Assembly: GCA_041736435.1 (NCBI GenBank)
Contig: JBGSTS010000020.1
Span: forward strand, 119 to 64,118
DNA length: 64,000 nt
Direction: 5' to 3'
Source: Desulfobacterales bacterium
GTDB lineage: Bacteria; Desulfobacterota; Desulfobacteria; Desulfobacterales; SpSt-501
The translations under genes were made by a program, and so were the position numbers. The notes under the pieces are model-generated. The model ran no database searches, was not told where the DNA came from, and saw nothing but the letters and a program-made list of their open reading frames with translations. How positions within the stretch are numbered: position 1 is the first letter of the stretch; every line of letters starts with the position of its first letter. This document shows positions 55,224-64,000 of this stretch, one piece after another.

Positions 55224-56981
55224 ATGCACGCTTCGGCCCGTCAGGCGTCACCCATTGTGACGAAGGAGCTTTTGAGCAGCCTGAGCACAGAGGCCTGGAT
55301 CTCATGGTTGCTGATCCTGCTGACGTGTGCCTGGCTTCTCGTCGTCGTGGTGCTGCCGGTCGTCCAGCTGGTGGCCAAAAGCCTGCAGGACAGCCAGGGC
55401 GGCTTCGTGGGGCTGGCCAATTACGTCGCCTATTTCAAGAACCCGGCCCTGTCGAACTCGCTGGCCAATAGCCTCTACGTGTCGGCGTCAACGACCCTTA
55501 TTTCCGTCGTGTTGGGATTCATTTTCGCTTTCGCCCTGACCCGCTCGCGCATCCCCGGCCGCGGCATCTTCAAAGGCATCGCCATGATGCCTCTTTTCGC
55601 CCCGACGCTCCTGAACGGGATCGCACTGGTCTACCTCTTCGGCCGAAAGGGCCTGATCACGGGGGGGTTCTTCGGCACCTTCGCCGGCGTCGACATCCAG
55701 GTTTACGGGACGGTCGGCATCATCATTTCCGAGGCGATCTACACTTTTCCCCAGGCTGTGTTGATCCTCTCCATCGCTCTGAACCTTGCCGATGCCAGGC
55801 TCTACGAGGCTTCGGAGTCTTTGGGTGCCCGCTGGCTGCGCACCTTCTTTTGCGTCACCCTGCCCGGCATCAAATACGGACTGCTCAGCGCGGTGTTCGT
55901 CTGCTTCACCCTGGCCTTCACCGATTTCGGCGCTCCCAAGGTGATCGGCGGCAACACCAACATCCTCGCCACGGACATCTACAAGCAGGTCATCGGCCAA
56001 CAGAACTTCACCATGGGGGCCGTGGTCAGCATCGTGCTCCTGGTCCCGACCGTGGTCGCCTTTGTCGTGGATCGCATCGTGCAGCGCCGCCAGGTGGCCA
56101 TGATCGCCGCCCGGTCGGTCCCGCTGCAGCCCAAGCTCAGCTTGCTGCGGGATGGCGCCTTTTTTGTATTTTGCGCTCTAGTGGCAGCGGCGATCCTCGG
56201 TTTCTACGCCACCGCCCTTTTCGCCTCGCTGGTCAAGGTCTGGCCCTACCATCTGGAACTGGGGCTATGGCACTATCATTTCACCGGTACCGGCGGCGGT
56301 GGCTACCCGGCCTTCTGGAACAGCATCCGGATGAGCCTTTATTCTGCGGCCGCTGGCACGGTCATTATTTTTGCAAGCGCGTACCTGATCGAAAAGAGCC
56401 GCAAGCTGAATCTCCTGCGCCGGTCCGCCTATTTTCTCTCCATTCTGCCCCTCGCCCTGCCCGGGCTCGTGATCGGGCTGGCCTACATCTTTTTCTTCAA
56501 CCCCCGGGGCTGGGAATTCTTCGGGTGGTGGGTGCCAAACCCGTTCAGTTTCCTATACGCCACCATGGCCATCCTGGTCATCAGCAACATCGTGCATTTC
56601 TACACCGTCGGTTTCCTGACCGCCACAACCGCTTTGAAACAGCTGGACGACGAATTCGAGACCGTGTCCGCATCCATGGGGGTCCCGTTCTACAAAACCT
56701 TTACCCGGGTGACCGTGCCGGTCTGCCTGCCGGCCGTGCTGGAGATCGGCATGTACTTTTTCGTCAACTCCATGGCGACCGTGTCGGCGGTCATTTTTCT
56801 CTACTCGGCGGACATCCCCTTGGCCTCCGTGGCGGTGGCTAACATGGACGATGCCGGCGACACGGCCCCCGCGGCCGCCATGTCGGTGATGATCGTGCTT
56901 GCCAATATCGGGGTTCGCGTGATTTTCGGGGGATTGACCCGCAGCATCAAACGGCGCAGTCAGGCCTGGGCCAACGGCTGA
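55224..56981 (+). CDS. phnU: Fused double ABC permease (PhnU/PhnV-like)
   Basis: 585 aa with about 12 helices and two EAA-like loops ([15 protein letters not shown] / [15 protein letters not shown]). Confidence 0.85.
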   Translation: MHASARQASPIVTKELLSSLSTEAWISWLLILLTCAWLLVVVVLPVVQLVAKSLQDSQGGFVGLANYVAYFKNPALSNSLANSLYVSASTTLISVVLGFIFAFALTRSRIPGRGIFKGIAMMPLFAPTLLNGIALVYLFGRKGLITGGFFGTFAGVDIQVYGTVGIIISEAIYTFPQAVLILSIALNLADARLYEASESLGARWLRTFFCVTLPGIKYGLLSAVFVCFTLAFTDFGAPKVIGGNTNILATDIYKQVIGQQNFTMGAVVSIVLLVPTVVAFVVDRIVQRRQVAMIAARSVPLQPKLSLLRDGAFFVFCALVAAAILGFYATALFASLVKVWPYHLELGLWHYHFTGTGGGGYPAFWNSIRMSLYSAAAGTVIIFASAYLIEKSRKLNLLRRSAYFLSILPLALPGLVIGLAYIFFFNPRGWEFFGWWVPNPFSFLYATMAILVISNIVHFYTVGFLTATTALKQLDDEFETVSASMGVPFYKTFTRVTVPVCLPAVLEIGMYFFVNSMATVSAVIFLYSADIPLASVAVANMDDAGDTAPAAAMSVMIVLANIGVRVIFGGLTRSIKRRSQAWANG

Positions 56982-57013
56982 GCCGCAACCGCCTGCGAGC
57001 AGGGAGGCGCATC

Positions 57014-57847
57014 ATGACGACTGTTGTGCGTAAACCGCTCCACACCGGTCCACTGCGCGCGGTAGTGCTGGACTGGGCGGGAACGGCCGTCGACTACGGC
57101 TGCCTCGGGCCTGCGGCCGTTTTTGTGGAGGTTTTCAAGAAGTTCGGCATCGCGGTCACCACGGCCGAGGCCCGGCAGTTTATGGGGCTGAAGAAAATCG
57201 ACCACATCCGCAGCATGTGCCGGCTTCCGGCGGTGGTTGCCGCGTGGCAATCCGTTCACGGGTGGGCACCCGATGAGAGCGATGTCGACGCGCTTTACGC
57301 CGAAACCGAACCGATGATGGTTTCCGCGATCGCCGGCCATGCCGAGCCCATCCCGGGGCTTCTCCCCTTCGTGCAGGCCATGCGGGAGAAGGTTATCAAG
57401 GTTGGCTCCTCGACCGGCTACACACGGGCCATGATGGAGGTCATGGTGCCGGAGGCCCGCCGCAGGGGATACTTTCCGGATGCCGTGGTCACCTCTTCGG
57501 ATGTGCCGGATGGGCGGCCCTATCCCTGGATGTGCTACCTGAACGCCATTCAACTTCAGGTTTACCCCATGCAGGCCATGGTGAAAATCGGCGACACGCC
57601 AAGCGATATCTACGAAGGGCTCAACGCCGGGATGTGGACCATTGGCCTGACCAAGTCCGGCAACCTGCTGGGGCTGCCGGCTGAAGCGTGCGATCGTCTG
57701 GAGTCGAACGAGCTCTCTTGCCGTCTTGCCTCCGCCGAGCGCGACCTGAATGCAGCCGGCGCGCATTACACGGCGGAGGGCATCTGGGCGGTGCTGCCGA
57801 TCATCGAAGAGATCAACGCCCGCCTTGCAGCCGGGGAGCAGCCCTGA
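57014..57847 (+). CDS. phnX: Phosphonoacetaldehyde hydrolase (phosphonatase)
   Basis: ...AVVLDWAGTAVDYGCLGPA... is the HAD motif I with the PhnX-specific context. It is followed by ...KIGDTPSDIYEGLNAGMWTIG.... Confidence 0.9.
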   Translation: MTTVVRKPLHTGPLRAVVLDWAGTAVDYGCLGPAAVFVEVFKKFGIAVTTAEARQFMGLKKIDHIRSMCRLPAVVAAWQSVHGWAPDESDVDALYAETEPMMVSAIAGHAEPIPGLLPFVQAMREKVIKVGSSTGYTRAMMEVMVPEARRRGYFPDAVVTSSDVPDGRPYPWMCYLNAIQLQVYPMQAMVKIGDTPSDIYEGLNAGMWTIGLTKSGNLLGLPAEACDRLESNELSCRLASAERDLNAAGAHYTAEGIWAVLPIIEEINARLAAGEQP

Positions 57848-58098
57848 GCCGACGGCAATGGGTTCCTGAGGCCGGTGGCCGGCGCAGGTCCGTCTGGGAG
57901 GTGGTCCGCGTGACAGTGGACATGGGTCGCTCCGAAACGGGGGCTCAGGTTCAAGGTGTCCGATGGCAGCTTCTCTACCCGCACCCCGCCGCTGACCATC
58001 GAACGCACGGAGCTGGACCGTGCCCTGGACATCCTGGATGACGCCCTCCAGGAAGTTGAAACCGGGACGACTACCCGAATCGACTAAAAGGAGTCACC

Positions 58099-59235
58099 AT
58101 GGAATTCCCGGAACTGCCCGAAAATCCCTACCTGCTCCTCACCCCGGGGCCCTTGACCACTACGGCGAGCGTCAAAGCCGTGATGCTGCGCGACTGGTGC
58201 ACCTGGGACGAGGATTACAACCGGCTCGTCCAGGCGATCCGCCGCGAGCTTACGGCACTGGCCACGGCCGAGCCGGGTTTCACCACCGTACTGATGCAGG
58301 GCAGCGGCACCTTCGGGGTGGAAGCGGTTGTGACCACGGCCGTACCGGAGGGGGGCAAGCTGTTGGTGCTCGCCAACGGCGCCTACGGCCGCCGGATCGC
58401 CCACATCGCGCAGCGTGGCCGCATCGCGGTCCAGGTTCTGGACAGCGGTGAAACCTCCCCGCCGGATATCGACCGGATGTCGGCCGTCCTTCAGAAAGAG
58501 CCGTCCATCACTCACGTGGCGGTTGTCCACTGTGAAACCACCACCGGCATGCTGAACCCGCTCGAGGCCATCGGCCGCGTGGTCAAACCGCTCGACCGGG
58601 TCTTGATCGTGGATGCCATGAGCAGCTTCGGCGGCATCCCCCTGGATGCGGTCGCCATTGGAGCGGATTATCTCATCAGCAGCGCCAACAAATGCATCCA
58701 GGGGGTGCCGGGCTTCTCCTTCGTGGTGGCCCGCCGGCAGGAGCTTGAAAAAACAAAGGGCCGTGCCCGCTCGCTTAGCCTGGACCTATACGATCAGTGG
58801 GCGACCATGGAGAACCACCCCGGCAAGTGGCGCTTCACCTCGCCCACCCATGTGGTGCACGCCTTTTATCAGGCCCTCCAAGAGCTCAGGGCCGAAGGCG
58901 GTGTCGCTGCCCGCAATGCGCGCTATCGAAAAAACCGGGATTCCCTGGTCGACGGCATGCAGGCCATGGGTTTTACGCCGCTGCTGTCGCCTGCCTTTCG
59001 CTCCCCTATTATCACGGCGTTTCACAGCCCAGCGAACCCGGCTTATGATTTCAGGAGATTCTACGACCTGCTGAAAAAGCAGGGGTTTGTGATCTACCCC
59101 GGAAAAGTCACCGAGCTCGATACATTTCGCATCGGCACCATCGGCGATGTTCATCCCGCGGACATCGAGCGTCTTCTAAAGGCGGTCGATGCTTCCATGT
59201 ACTGGAAACAATCTCGTTATTCCCCCGGCAAATGA
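58099..59235 (+). CDS. phnW: 2-aminoethylphosphonate--pyruvate transaminase
   Basis: ...[32 protein letters not shown]... and ...[16 protein letters not shown]... (PLP lysine). It is a class-V aminotransferase. Confidence 0.9.
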   Translation: MEFPELPENPYLLLTPGPLTTTASVKAVMLRDWCTWDEDYNRLVQAIRRELTALATAEPGFTTVLMQGSGTFGVEAVVTTAVPEGGKLLVLANGAYGRRIAHIAQRGRIAVQVLDSGETSPPDIDRMSAVLQKEPSITHVAVVHCETTTGMLNPLEAIGRVVKPLDRVLIVDAMSSFGGIPLDAVAIGADYLISSANKCIQGVPGFSFVVARRQELEKTKGRARSLSLDLYDQWATMENHPGKWRFTSPTHVVHAFYQALQELRAEGGVAARNARYRKNRDSLVDGMQAMGFTPLLSPAFRSPIITAFHSPANPAYDFRRFYDLLKKQGFVIYPGKVTELDTFRIGTIGDVHPADIERLLKAVDASMYWKQSRYSPGK

Positions 59236-59310
59236 ATTCATCTTTGACTTCTTCCGGCTTTTAACTCCAAAGGGCTCACTTCGGCTAGTAGGCCCTTTGC
59301 CTTGGAACCG

Positions 59311-59348
59311 CTAACTATTTACTAATGCAAACTTAATGACCGGCTAGT
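59311..59348 (+). promoter_or_regulatory. Candidate Pho box array (DUF5132-like gene promoter)
   Basis: CTAAC (59311), CTAAT (59322), TTAAT (59333) and CTAGT (59344), all exactly 11 bp apart. Confidence 0.55.
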
Positions 59349-59530
59349 TTAAGTCGGGTGTAATCTGCAATTTTCAATAGGTAATTAAATGACTTTTCTT
59401 CTCGACACGGCGGTATCTTGCTTGTTAGTTTTGCTGCAAATGCCGGGTGTTTTCCGGCGCCTGAGCGTCGAAGCATGGATCGAACCATGAAGGGCGGCCC
59501 GGTCTGAACGGGTCGAGCAAGGAGGGAGTC

Positions 59531-59818
59531 ATGTTCGGTATCACCAACGGAATCCGCTTCGGGGGTGCGGTGGCCATCGGCGCCGCAGCCGTACTGCTGG
59601 CACCGGTCGTGTTGCCGATCGTTGCCGCTGTGTTGAAACCGGTCGCCAAGTCGGTCATCAAGGGCGGCATCATGGCCTTCGAGGGTGCGAAGGTGGCTTT
59701 GGCCGAAACCCAGGAAACGGTCGAGGACATCGTGGCCGAGGCCAAGGCCGAAATAAAGGCCGAAATATCCGAAAGCCGCAAGGTCCCGGCCAAGACCACC
59801 AAAAAGCAGGCTGCCTGA
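59531..59818 (+). CDS. Small membrane protein (DUF5132-like)
   Basis: 95 aa. It has an N-terminal hydrophobic hairpin (FGGAVAIGAAAVLLAPVVLPIVAAVL) and a charged C-terminal helix (AEAKAEIKAEISE). AAGGAGGGAG lies upstream. The family assignment is from memory. Confidence 0.55.
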   Translation: MFGITNGIRFGGAVAIGAAAVLLAPVVLPIVAAVLKPVAKSVIKGGIMAFEGAKVALAETQETVEDIVAEAKAEIKAEISESRKVPAKTTKKQAA

Positions 59819-59828
59819 TCCGCAGGCG

Positions 59829-60350
59829 GTGCACGGGATCTTTATGCCGGAAGTGCCCGAGGCCTTTATCGCCCATCACTCCCCCAATCGGCTGAGGATT
59901 CGAATCCCCTCCCGGCGGGGGGACTCGGCTTTCTTCGCCTCGGTGCAGGAGGCCTATGCCCGGAAAGGTGAGCAGCCGGAGGCGAACCCGCATACGGCGA
60001 GTCTGCTCTTTGTCGGCAAAGCCGCTGAGGGCGAGGCGGTTGCCGACCTCGGGCGCGAGCAGGGTCTTTTCGAGCTTCGAATCGGAACCCCACCCCATCG
60101 GCCCCTCATGCACGAGGCGGTCAAGCCGGTGGCCGGTCTCAACCGCTCCATTCAGCAGGTGACGGGCGGCAGGATTGATCTTCCCAGCGGCTTCTTCCTG
60201 ATGCTGCTGGGGTTCGGCATCTACGAAATTCTCCGCGGCCGCTTCTCCACTCCACCGTGGTACACCGCGTTCTGGTATGCGTTCGGACTTGTTTCGATGT
60301 ACGTGATCGAAAAGGAAATCCGGGCCATCCCCGGCCATGAACACGACTGA
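59829..60350 (+). CDS. HMA2-like (cysteine-less heavy-metal-associated fold) domain protein with two C-terminal TM helices
   Basis: ...HHSPNRLRIRIPSRRGDSAFFASVQEAY...HTASLLFVG... resembles the GRLR(V/I)R-type HMA2 signature. The C-terminus is hydrophobic. The start may be the ATG at 59844. Confidence 0.5.
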   Translation: MHGIFMPEVPEAFIAHHSPNRLRIRIPSRRGDSAFFASVQEAYARKGEQPEANPHTASLLFVGKAAEGEAVADLGREQGLFELRIGTPPHRPLMHEAVKPVAGLNRSIQQVTGGRIDLPSGFFLMLLGFGIYEILRGRFSTPPWYTAFWYAFGLVSMYVIEKEIRAIPGHEHD

Positions 60351-60416
60351 CGGTTTCCACCGTCGCCGCCCCTGAGACTGCGCGTTTAGGGGCCCGGCTC
60401 TATGGCAGCCGAGCCT

Positions 60417-60454
60417 TTAACCGACTTCTAACGATTTCCGAACACCCTCATAAC
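60417..60454 (+). promoter_or_regulatory. Candidate Pho box array (P-type ATPase promoter)
   Basis: TTAAC (60417), CTAAC (60428), CGAAC (60439) and ATAAC (60450) at an 11-bp period. The array ends about 100 nt upstream of the ATG at 60558. Confidence 0.55.
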
Positions 60455-60557
60455 CATTCCCGGGGATTCTGAACAACGGCGTACATCTTGGCAGCGAGGG
60501 CATGAAGCAAGCTCCTTATCCACACTGTCCGACGCTGCGGTTCGCAGCGGAGCGTTG

Positions 60558-63500
60558 ATGATTCAATCGATTCACACCCAGGTAGAGGGCCGGGCCCGTT
60601 TCAAGATCGACGGGCTGTTCGGTTCGGAGATGCTCAAGCGGGTCCTTGAACAGAGGCTCTCCCGCGAAGGGGAGATTTACTCGGTATCGGCCAGCATCCT
60701 CACCGGCAATATCCTGGTCAATTTCAACTCCAACAACGACCACCACACCATCCGGTTTCTGATCGAAGAGATCCTGGTGGAAATCCACCAAAAGGGATTG
60801 CCGCCGGCTGCAGCCTTCGAGCTGGAGCCTGAATCGGCGGCGAAACGCTCGCCGGCCCGGGCCTTGCCGGTGGAGACCCTCAAACGCTTCTTGTCCCCGG
60901 AGTCGGAGGGTGCGGCGCCACTCGACAAGCCCTGGCATACGCTGGAGGCCCCCTTGGCCGCCTCCATCCTGCGCACAGACGCCCGCGCGGGGCTTTACGC
61001 GAGTGAAGCCGCCGAGCGGCTGAAGGCTTACGGTCCCAACCTCCTGCCCAAGCCCGAGCCGCGCTCAAAAGCCGAAATATTTTTCCAGCAGTTGAACTCG
61101 CTGCCGGTGCTGCTGCTGGGGGCTGCGGCCGGCATCTCGGTTCTGACCGGGGGCATCCTCGATGCGGCCGTCATCGGCGGCGTCGTGCTGGCCAATGCCG
61201 TCATCGGCTACATCACGGAGAGCGGCGCCGAAAAAACCATGGAGTCCCTCAAGGAGCTGGTCCACCCGACGGCGGAAGTCATCCGGGAGGAACGCTCCGT
61301 CCACCTGGCCGTGGAGGAGGTGACGGTCGGGGACCTCCTGGTGTTGAAACCCGGGACCTACGTAGCCGCCGACAGCCGGATCGTGTCTGCCGATCGGCTG
61401 AGCATCGACGAGTCCATGCTGACCGGCGAGAGCATGCCGGTGCACAAGGAAGCCAAGAGGCTCAAGCACGAGAACACGCCGCTGGCCGATCGCGCCAACA
61501 TGGTTTACATGGGAACGCTCGTGACCGGCGGGCAGGGCCTCGCGCTGGTGGTGGCCGTCGGCCGCTTCACCCAGGTCGGCATGCTCCAGGCGATGCTGGC
61601 CGACACTCAAACCCCGCCGACGCCGATCGAGCTTCAGCTGGCACAGATGGGGAACCAGCTGGTGGCGGCCTGCGGGGCGATTTGCGGGGTGGTGTTCGGG
61701 ATCGGTTTTTTACGCAGCTACGGCCTGGTCCAGATGCTGCAGATGTCGATTTCGCTGGCGGCTTCGGCCGTGCCCGAGGGGCTTCCGGCTGCGGCGACGA
61801 TCAACTTCGCCATGGGCATTACCGACCTGCGCCGGCATGGGGTGCTCGTTCGCAAGCTGCAGGCGGTTGAGACCCTGGGGGCCGTCCAGACCATCTGCCT
61901 GGACAAGACCGGGACCATCACCGAGAATCGCATGACGTTGACCGAAATCCTGGCCGGCCGCACGCGCTATGCCGTGGTGAAGAATATGCTGGAGCCCTTG
62001 CCGGGGGGGCGCGATGTCCTCGCCGTCGGCGAAATCCGGCACCTGCTGATCGTTTGTGCCCTCTGCAACGAAATCAAGATCACGGTGGACAAGGAAAGCG
62101 GCGAAATCGACCTCTTCGGCTCCTCCACGGAGACGGCCCTGATGCGGGTGGCGGCTGCGACCGGAATCGATATCGTCGGCCTGCAGGAGGATTTTCGCTT
62201 CGTGGGCCTGCGCCTGCGGTCGGAAAACCGGCTCTACATGAGCAGCCTGCACTCATGCCCCTCGGAGGACTGCCGCTACATCTTCACCAAGGGCAGCCCG
62301 CACGACGTCCTCGATCTGTGCGACCGCGAAATGGTAAAGGGTCGGGTGAAGGCCCTCACCGAGGAGCGCCGGCAGGAGATCCACATCGAAAACGACCGCA
62401 TGGCCGGCCGTGGCCTGCGGGTATTGGGCTTCGCCTTCAATCGCTTCACAATGAAGGCGGAGATCGACGAGTCCGCCCCGATGGTCTGGCTGGGGCTGGC
62501 CGGTATGGCCGACCCCATCCGGCCGGGGGTGGCCGAGTTGATCGCGGTCTTCCAGCGGGCGGGCATCGAAACCGTGATGATCACGGGCGACCAGAGCACT
62601 ACGGCCTATGCCGTGGCCCGCGAACTGAACCTCGGCGGCGAAAAGCCCCTCAAGATCCTGGACTCGGCCGAGCTCACCTCGCTTGACTCCGAGCGGCTCC
62701 AGGCGCTCGCCAAGAACGTGCACGTCTACTCCCGGGTCAGCCCGGCGCACAAGCTGCGGATCGTTCAGGCCCTGCAGGATGCCGGCCGCGTCGTGGCCAT
62801 GACCGGAGACGGGATCAACGACGGACCCGCCTTGAAAGCGGCCAATATCGGCATCGCCATGGGCGAGTCCGGCACCGATGTGGCCCGCGAGGTGGCGGAC
62901 ATCATCATCGCGGGCGACAAACTGGAGCAGTTGGCTCAGGCCCTGGGCGGCGGGCGTACGACCTACGGGAACATCCGCAAATCGGTGCACTTTTTCCTCT
63001 CCACCAACCTGACCGAGATCATGGTGATGTTCGCCTGCATGGCCCTCGGCCTGGGGTTTCCGCTGACCGTCATGCAGCTGCTCTGGATCAACATCATCTC
63101 GGACATCTTCCCGGGGCTGGCCCTCTCGCGCGAAGAGCCGGAGCCGGGCCTCATGACCCAGCCGCCGCGGCCCGCCGGCGCTCCGCTCTTTTCGGGCCGG
63201 GACTTCCGCGTCATGGCCGTGGAGTCCGGCATCATCAGCACCGGCGCCCTATCCGCCTATCTCTACGGGATCGGCCGCTATGGCCGCGGGGCCCGGGCCG
63301 GCTCGCTGGCCTTCCAGGCGCTTGTCTTCGGCCAGCTGCTGCATGCCTACAGCTGCCGCACGGAGAAGAGGAGCATCTTCGATGCCAAGCGCCCGCCGAG
63401 GAACCCCTATCTCGACCTGGCGATCGGAGGCTCCCTTGCGCTGCAGGTGCTCACCCTGGTACTCCCCGGACTGCGGGGGGTTCTCGGGGCCGCCGCGCCG

Positions 63501-63608
63501 ACCCTCATCGATGTTGCCGTCATCGGTGCCTGCGCGCTGGGGCCTTTCATCGCCAACGAAACGCGCAAACTGGCTCAACCTTATATCTCTGGTGAGGTGA
63601 CCACATGA
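60558..63608 (+). CDS. P2-type (SERCA/PMCA-like) cation-translocating P-type ATPase with an N-terminal HMA2-like domain
   Basis: It has TGES, PEGLP (TM4), [20 protein letters not shown] and [14 protein letters not shown]5 has STNLTE and TM6 has NIISD, which mirror the SERCA Ca-site residues. The N-terminus has ...[10 protein letters not shown]...ILVNFN with no CxxC. Confidence 0.9.
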   Translation: MIQSIHTQVEGRARFKIDGLFGSEMLKRVLEQRLSREGEIYSVSASILTGNILVNFNSNNDHHTIRFLIEEILVEIHQKGLPPAAAFELEPESAAKRSPARALPVETLKRFLSPESEGAAPLDKPWHTLEAPLAASILRTDARAGLYASEAAERLKAYGPNLLPKPEPRSKAEIFFQQLNSLPVLLLGAAAGISVLTGGILDAAVIGGVVLANAVIGYITESGAEKTMESLKELVHPTAEVIREERSVHLAVEEVTVGDLLVLKPGTYVAADSRIVSADRLSIDESMLTGESMPVHKEAKRLKHENTPLADRANMVYMGTLVTGGQGLALVVAVGRFTQVGMLQAMLADTQTPPTPIELQLAQMGNQLVAACGAICGVVFGIGFLRSYGLVQMLQMSISLAASAVPEGLPAAATINFAMGITDLRRHGVLVRKLQAVETLGAVQTICLDKTGTITENRMTLTEILAGRTRYAVVKNMLEPLPGGRDVLAVGEIRHLLIVCALCNEIKITVDKESGEIDLFGSSTETALMRVAAATGIDIVGLQEDFRFVGLRLRSENRLYMSSLHSCPSEDCRYIFTKGSPHDVLDLCDREMVKGRVKALTEERRQEIHIENDRMAGRGLRVLGFAFNRFTMKAEIDESAPMVWLGLAGMADPIRPGVAELIAVFQRAGIETVMITGDQSTTAYAVARELNLGGEKPLKILDSAELTSLDSERLQALAKNVHVYSRVSPAHKLRIVQALQDAGRVVAMTGDGINDGPALKAANIGIAMGESGTDVAREVADIIIAGDKLEQLAQALGGGRTTYGNIRKSVHFFLSTNLTEIMVMFACMALGLGFPLTVMQLLWINIISDIFPGLALSREEPEPGLMTQPPRPAGAPLFSGRDFRVMAVESGIISTGALSAYLYGIGRYGRGARAGSLAFQALVFGQLLHAYSCRTEKRSIFDAKRPPRNPYLDLAIGGSLALQVLTLVLPGLRGVLGAAAPTLIDVAVIGACALGPFIANETRKLAQPYISGEVTT

Positions 63609-64000
63609 TTTTCACATCCGAATCCGTTACCGACGGCCATCCGGACAAGATGTGCGACCAGGTCAGCGACTGCATCGTCGACCATTTTCTGAAGCAGGAC
63701 CCCTTCTCCCGCGTGCGGGCCGAGTGCGCGGTGTCGAGCGCCATCATCTTCATCGCCGTGCGCTACGCCTCCGAGGCGAAGGTGGACTTCTCCTACCTGG
63801 CGCGCAAGGTGATCCAGAAGATCGGCTACGACCAGCCGGACTTCAACGCCAAGATCTGCAGCATCCTGTCGGCGCCCCAGGAGCTGCCGCTGAACATGGC
63901 TCATCGCTTCGATGAGACCCAGCTCTCGGACGAGGAGATCGACAAAGTGGCCGCCAAGAACCAGGTGACGTTGTTCGGTTTCGCCTGCGACCAGACCCCG
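63605..64000 (+). CDS. metK: S-adenosylmethionine synthetase-like protein (divergent MetK). The 5' part runs off the right edge.
   Basis: My own translation gives [41 protein letters not shown]...KNQVTLFGFACDQTP. The ATG overlaps the ATPase stop (ATGA). It is not in the ORF track because there is no stop codon inside the window. Confidence 0.8.
   Translation, partial: MIFTSESVTDGHPDKMCDQVSDCIVDHFLKQDPFSRVRAECAVSSAIIFIAVRYASEAKVDFSYLARKVIQKIGYDQPDFNAKICSILSAPQELPLNMAHRFDETQLSDEEIDKVAAKNQVTLFGFACDQTP

Noticed and set aside
1-64000. I looked for CRISPR arrays, transposases or integrases, prophage genes, toxin-antitoxin pairs and classic defence-system genes.
   Set aside because: I saw no regularly spaced repeat-spacer pattern. 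No ORF had DDE, tyrosine-recombinase or serine-recombinase signatures. Every large ORF could be assigned to metabolism, transport or housekeeping. The only AT-rich islets are at 38.1-38.4 kb and 51.3-52.1 kb.

Overview
This is a roughly 60% GC, gene-dense chromosomal segment. Its gene content (ferredoxin-EtfAB with an FAD lactate-dehydrogenase-like enzyme, Hcp, TctCBA, Rnf, an apparent selenocysteine codon) suggests an anaerobic Desulfobacterota-type genome, but that is inference only. I recognised no rRNA, tRNA, CRISPR array, transposase or integrase by eye.

The window falls into three parts.

(1) 0-28.9 kb holds housekeeping and catabolic genes:
- a GntR / FAD-oxidase / etfB / Fd-etfA operon
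- argB, argS, a 3-hydroxyacyl-CoA dehydrogenase, hcp and an ATCase-like gene
- tesB, and tctCBA divergent from an FAD-oxidase plus class-III aminotransferase pair
- a 1126-aa DUF748/AsmA-like protein, an MFS transporter and parE-parC

(2) 28.9-37.9 kb is one tightly packed minus-strand operon. It encodes a signal-less Mo/W-bisPGD oxidoreductase, a four-cluster ferredoxin, rnfCDGEAB and a membrane-anchored NifU-like protein. Three things stand out. rnfB carries an in-frame TGA exactly at a conserved Fe-S cysteine, with a hairpin 9 nt downstream, so it is a candidate selenoprotein. RnfA carries an N-terminal lipoprotein Ig-like extension. RnfG is about 100 aa longer than usual.

(3) 38.4-64 kb has a phosphate-starvation theme:
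- phoU and phoH
- an OlsF-like aminolipid synthase and LysE
- a PHP-glycosyltransferase fusion, PAP2 plus a glycosyltransferase, a PEP-utilising enzyme and a GT28 glycolipid synthase
- mgsA and a 2-aminoethylphosphonate uptake and catabolism operon (phnS/T/U, phnX, phnW)
- a DUF5132-like / HMA2-like / P2-type ATPase / divergent metK operon

The strongest finding from direct reading is a set of nine promoter-proximal arrays of 2-4 NTAAY pentamers. Eight are phased at exactly 11 bp and one at about 10-21 bp, and each is co-oriented with the gene downstream. I found them only in this right-hand region. I interpret them as Pho boxes that define a local Pho regulon. That regulon would include the uncharacterised ATPase operon and a phosphorus-free lipid remodelling gene set.

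All product calls rest on motifs I recognise in the translations. No database search was possible.
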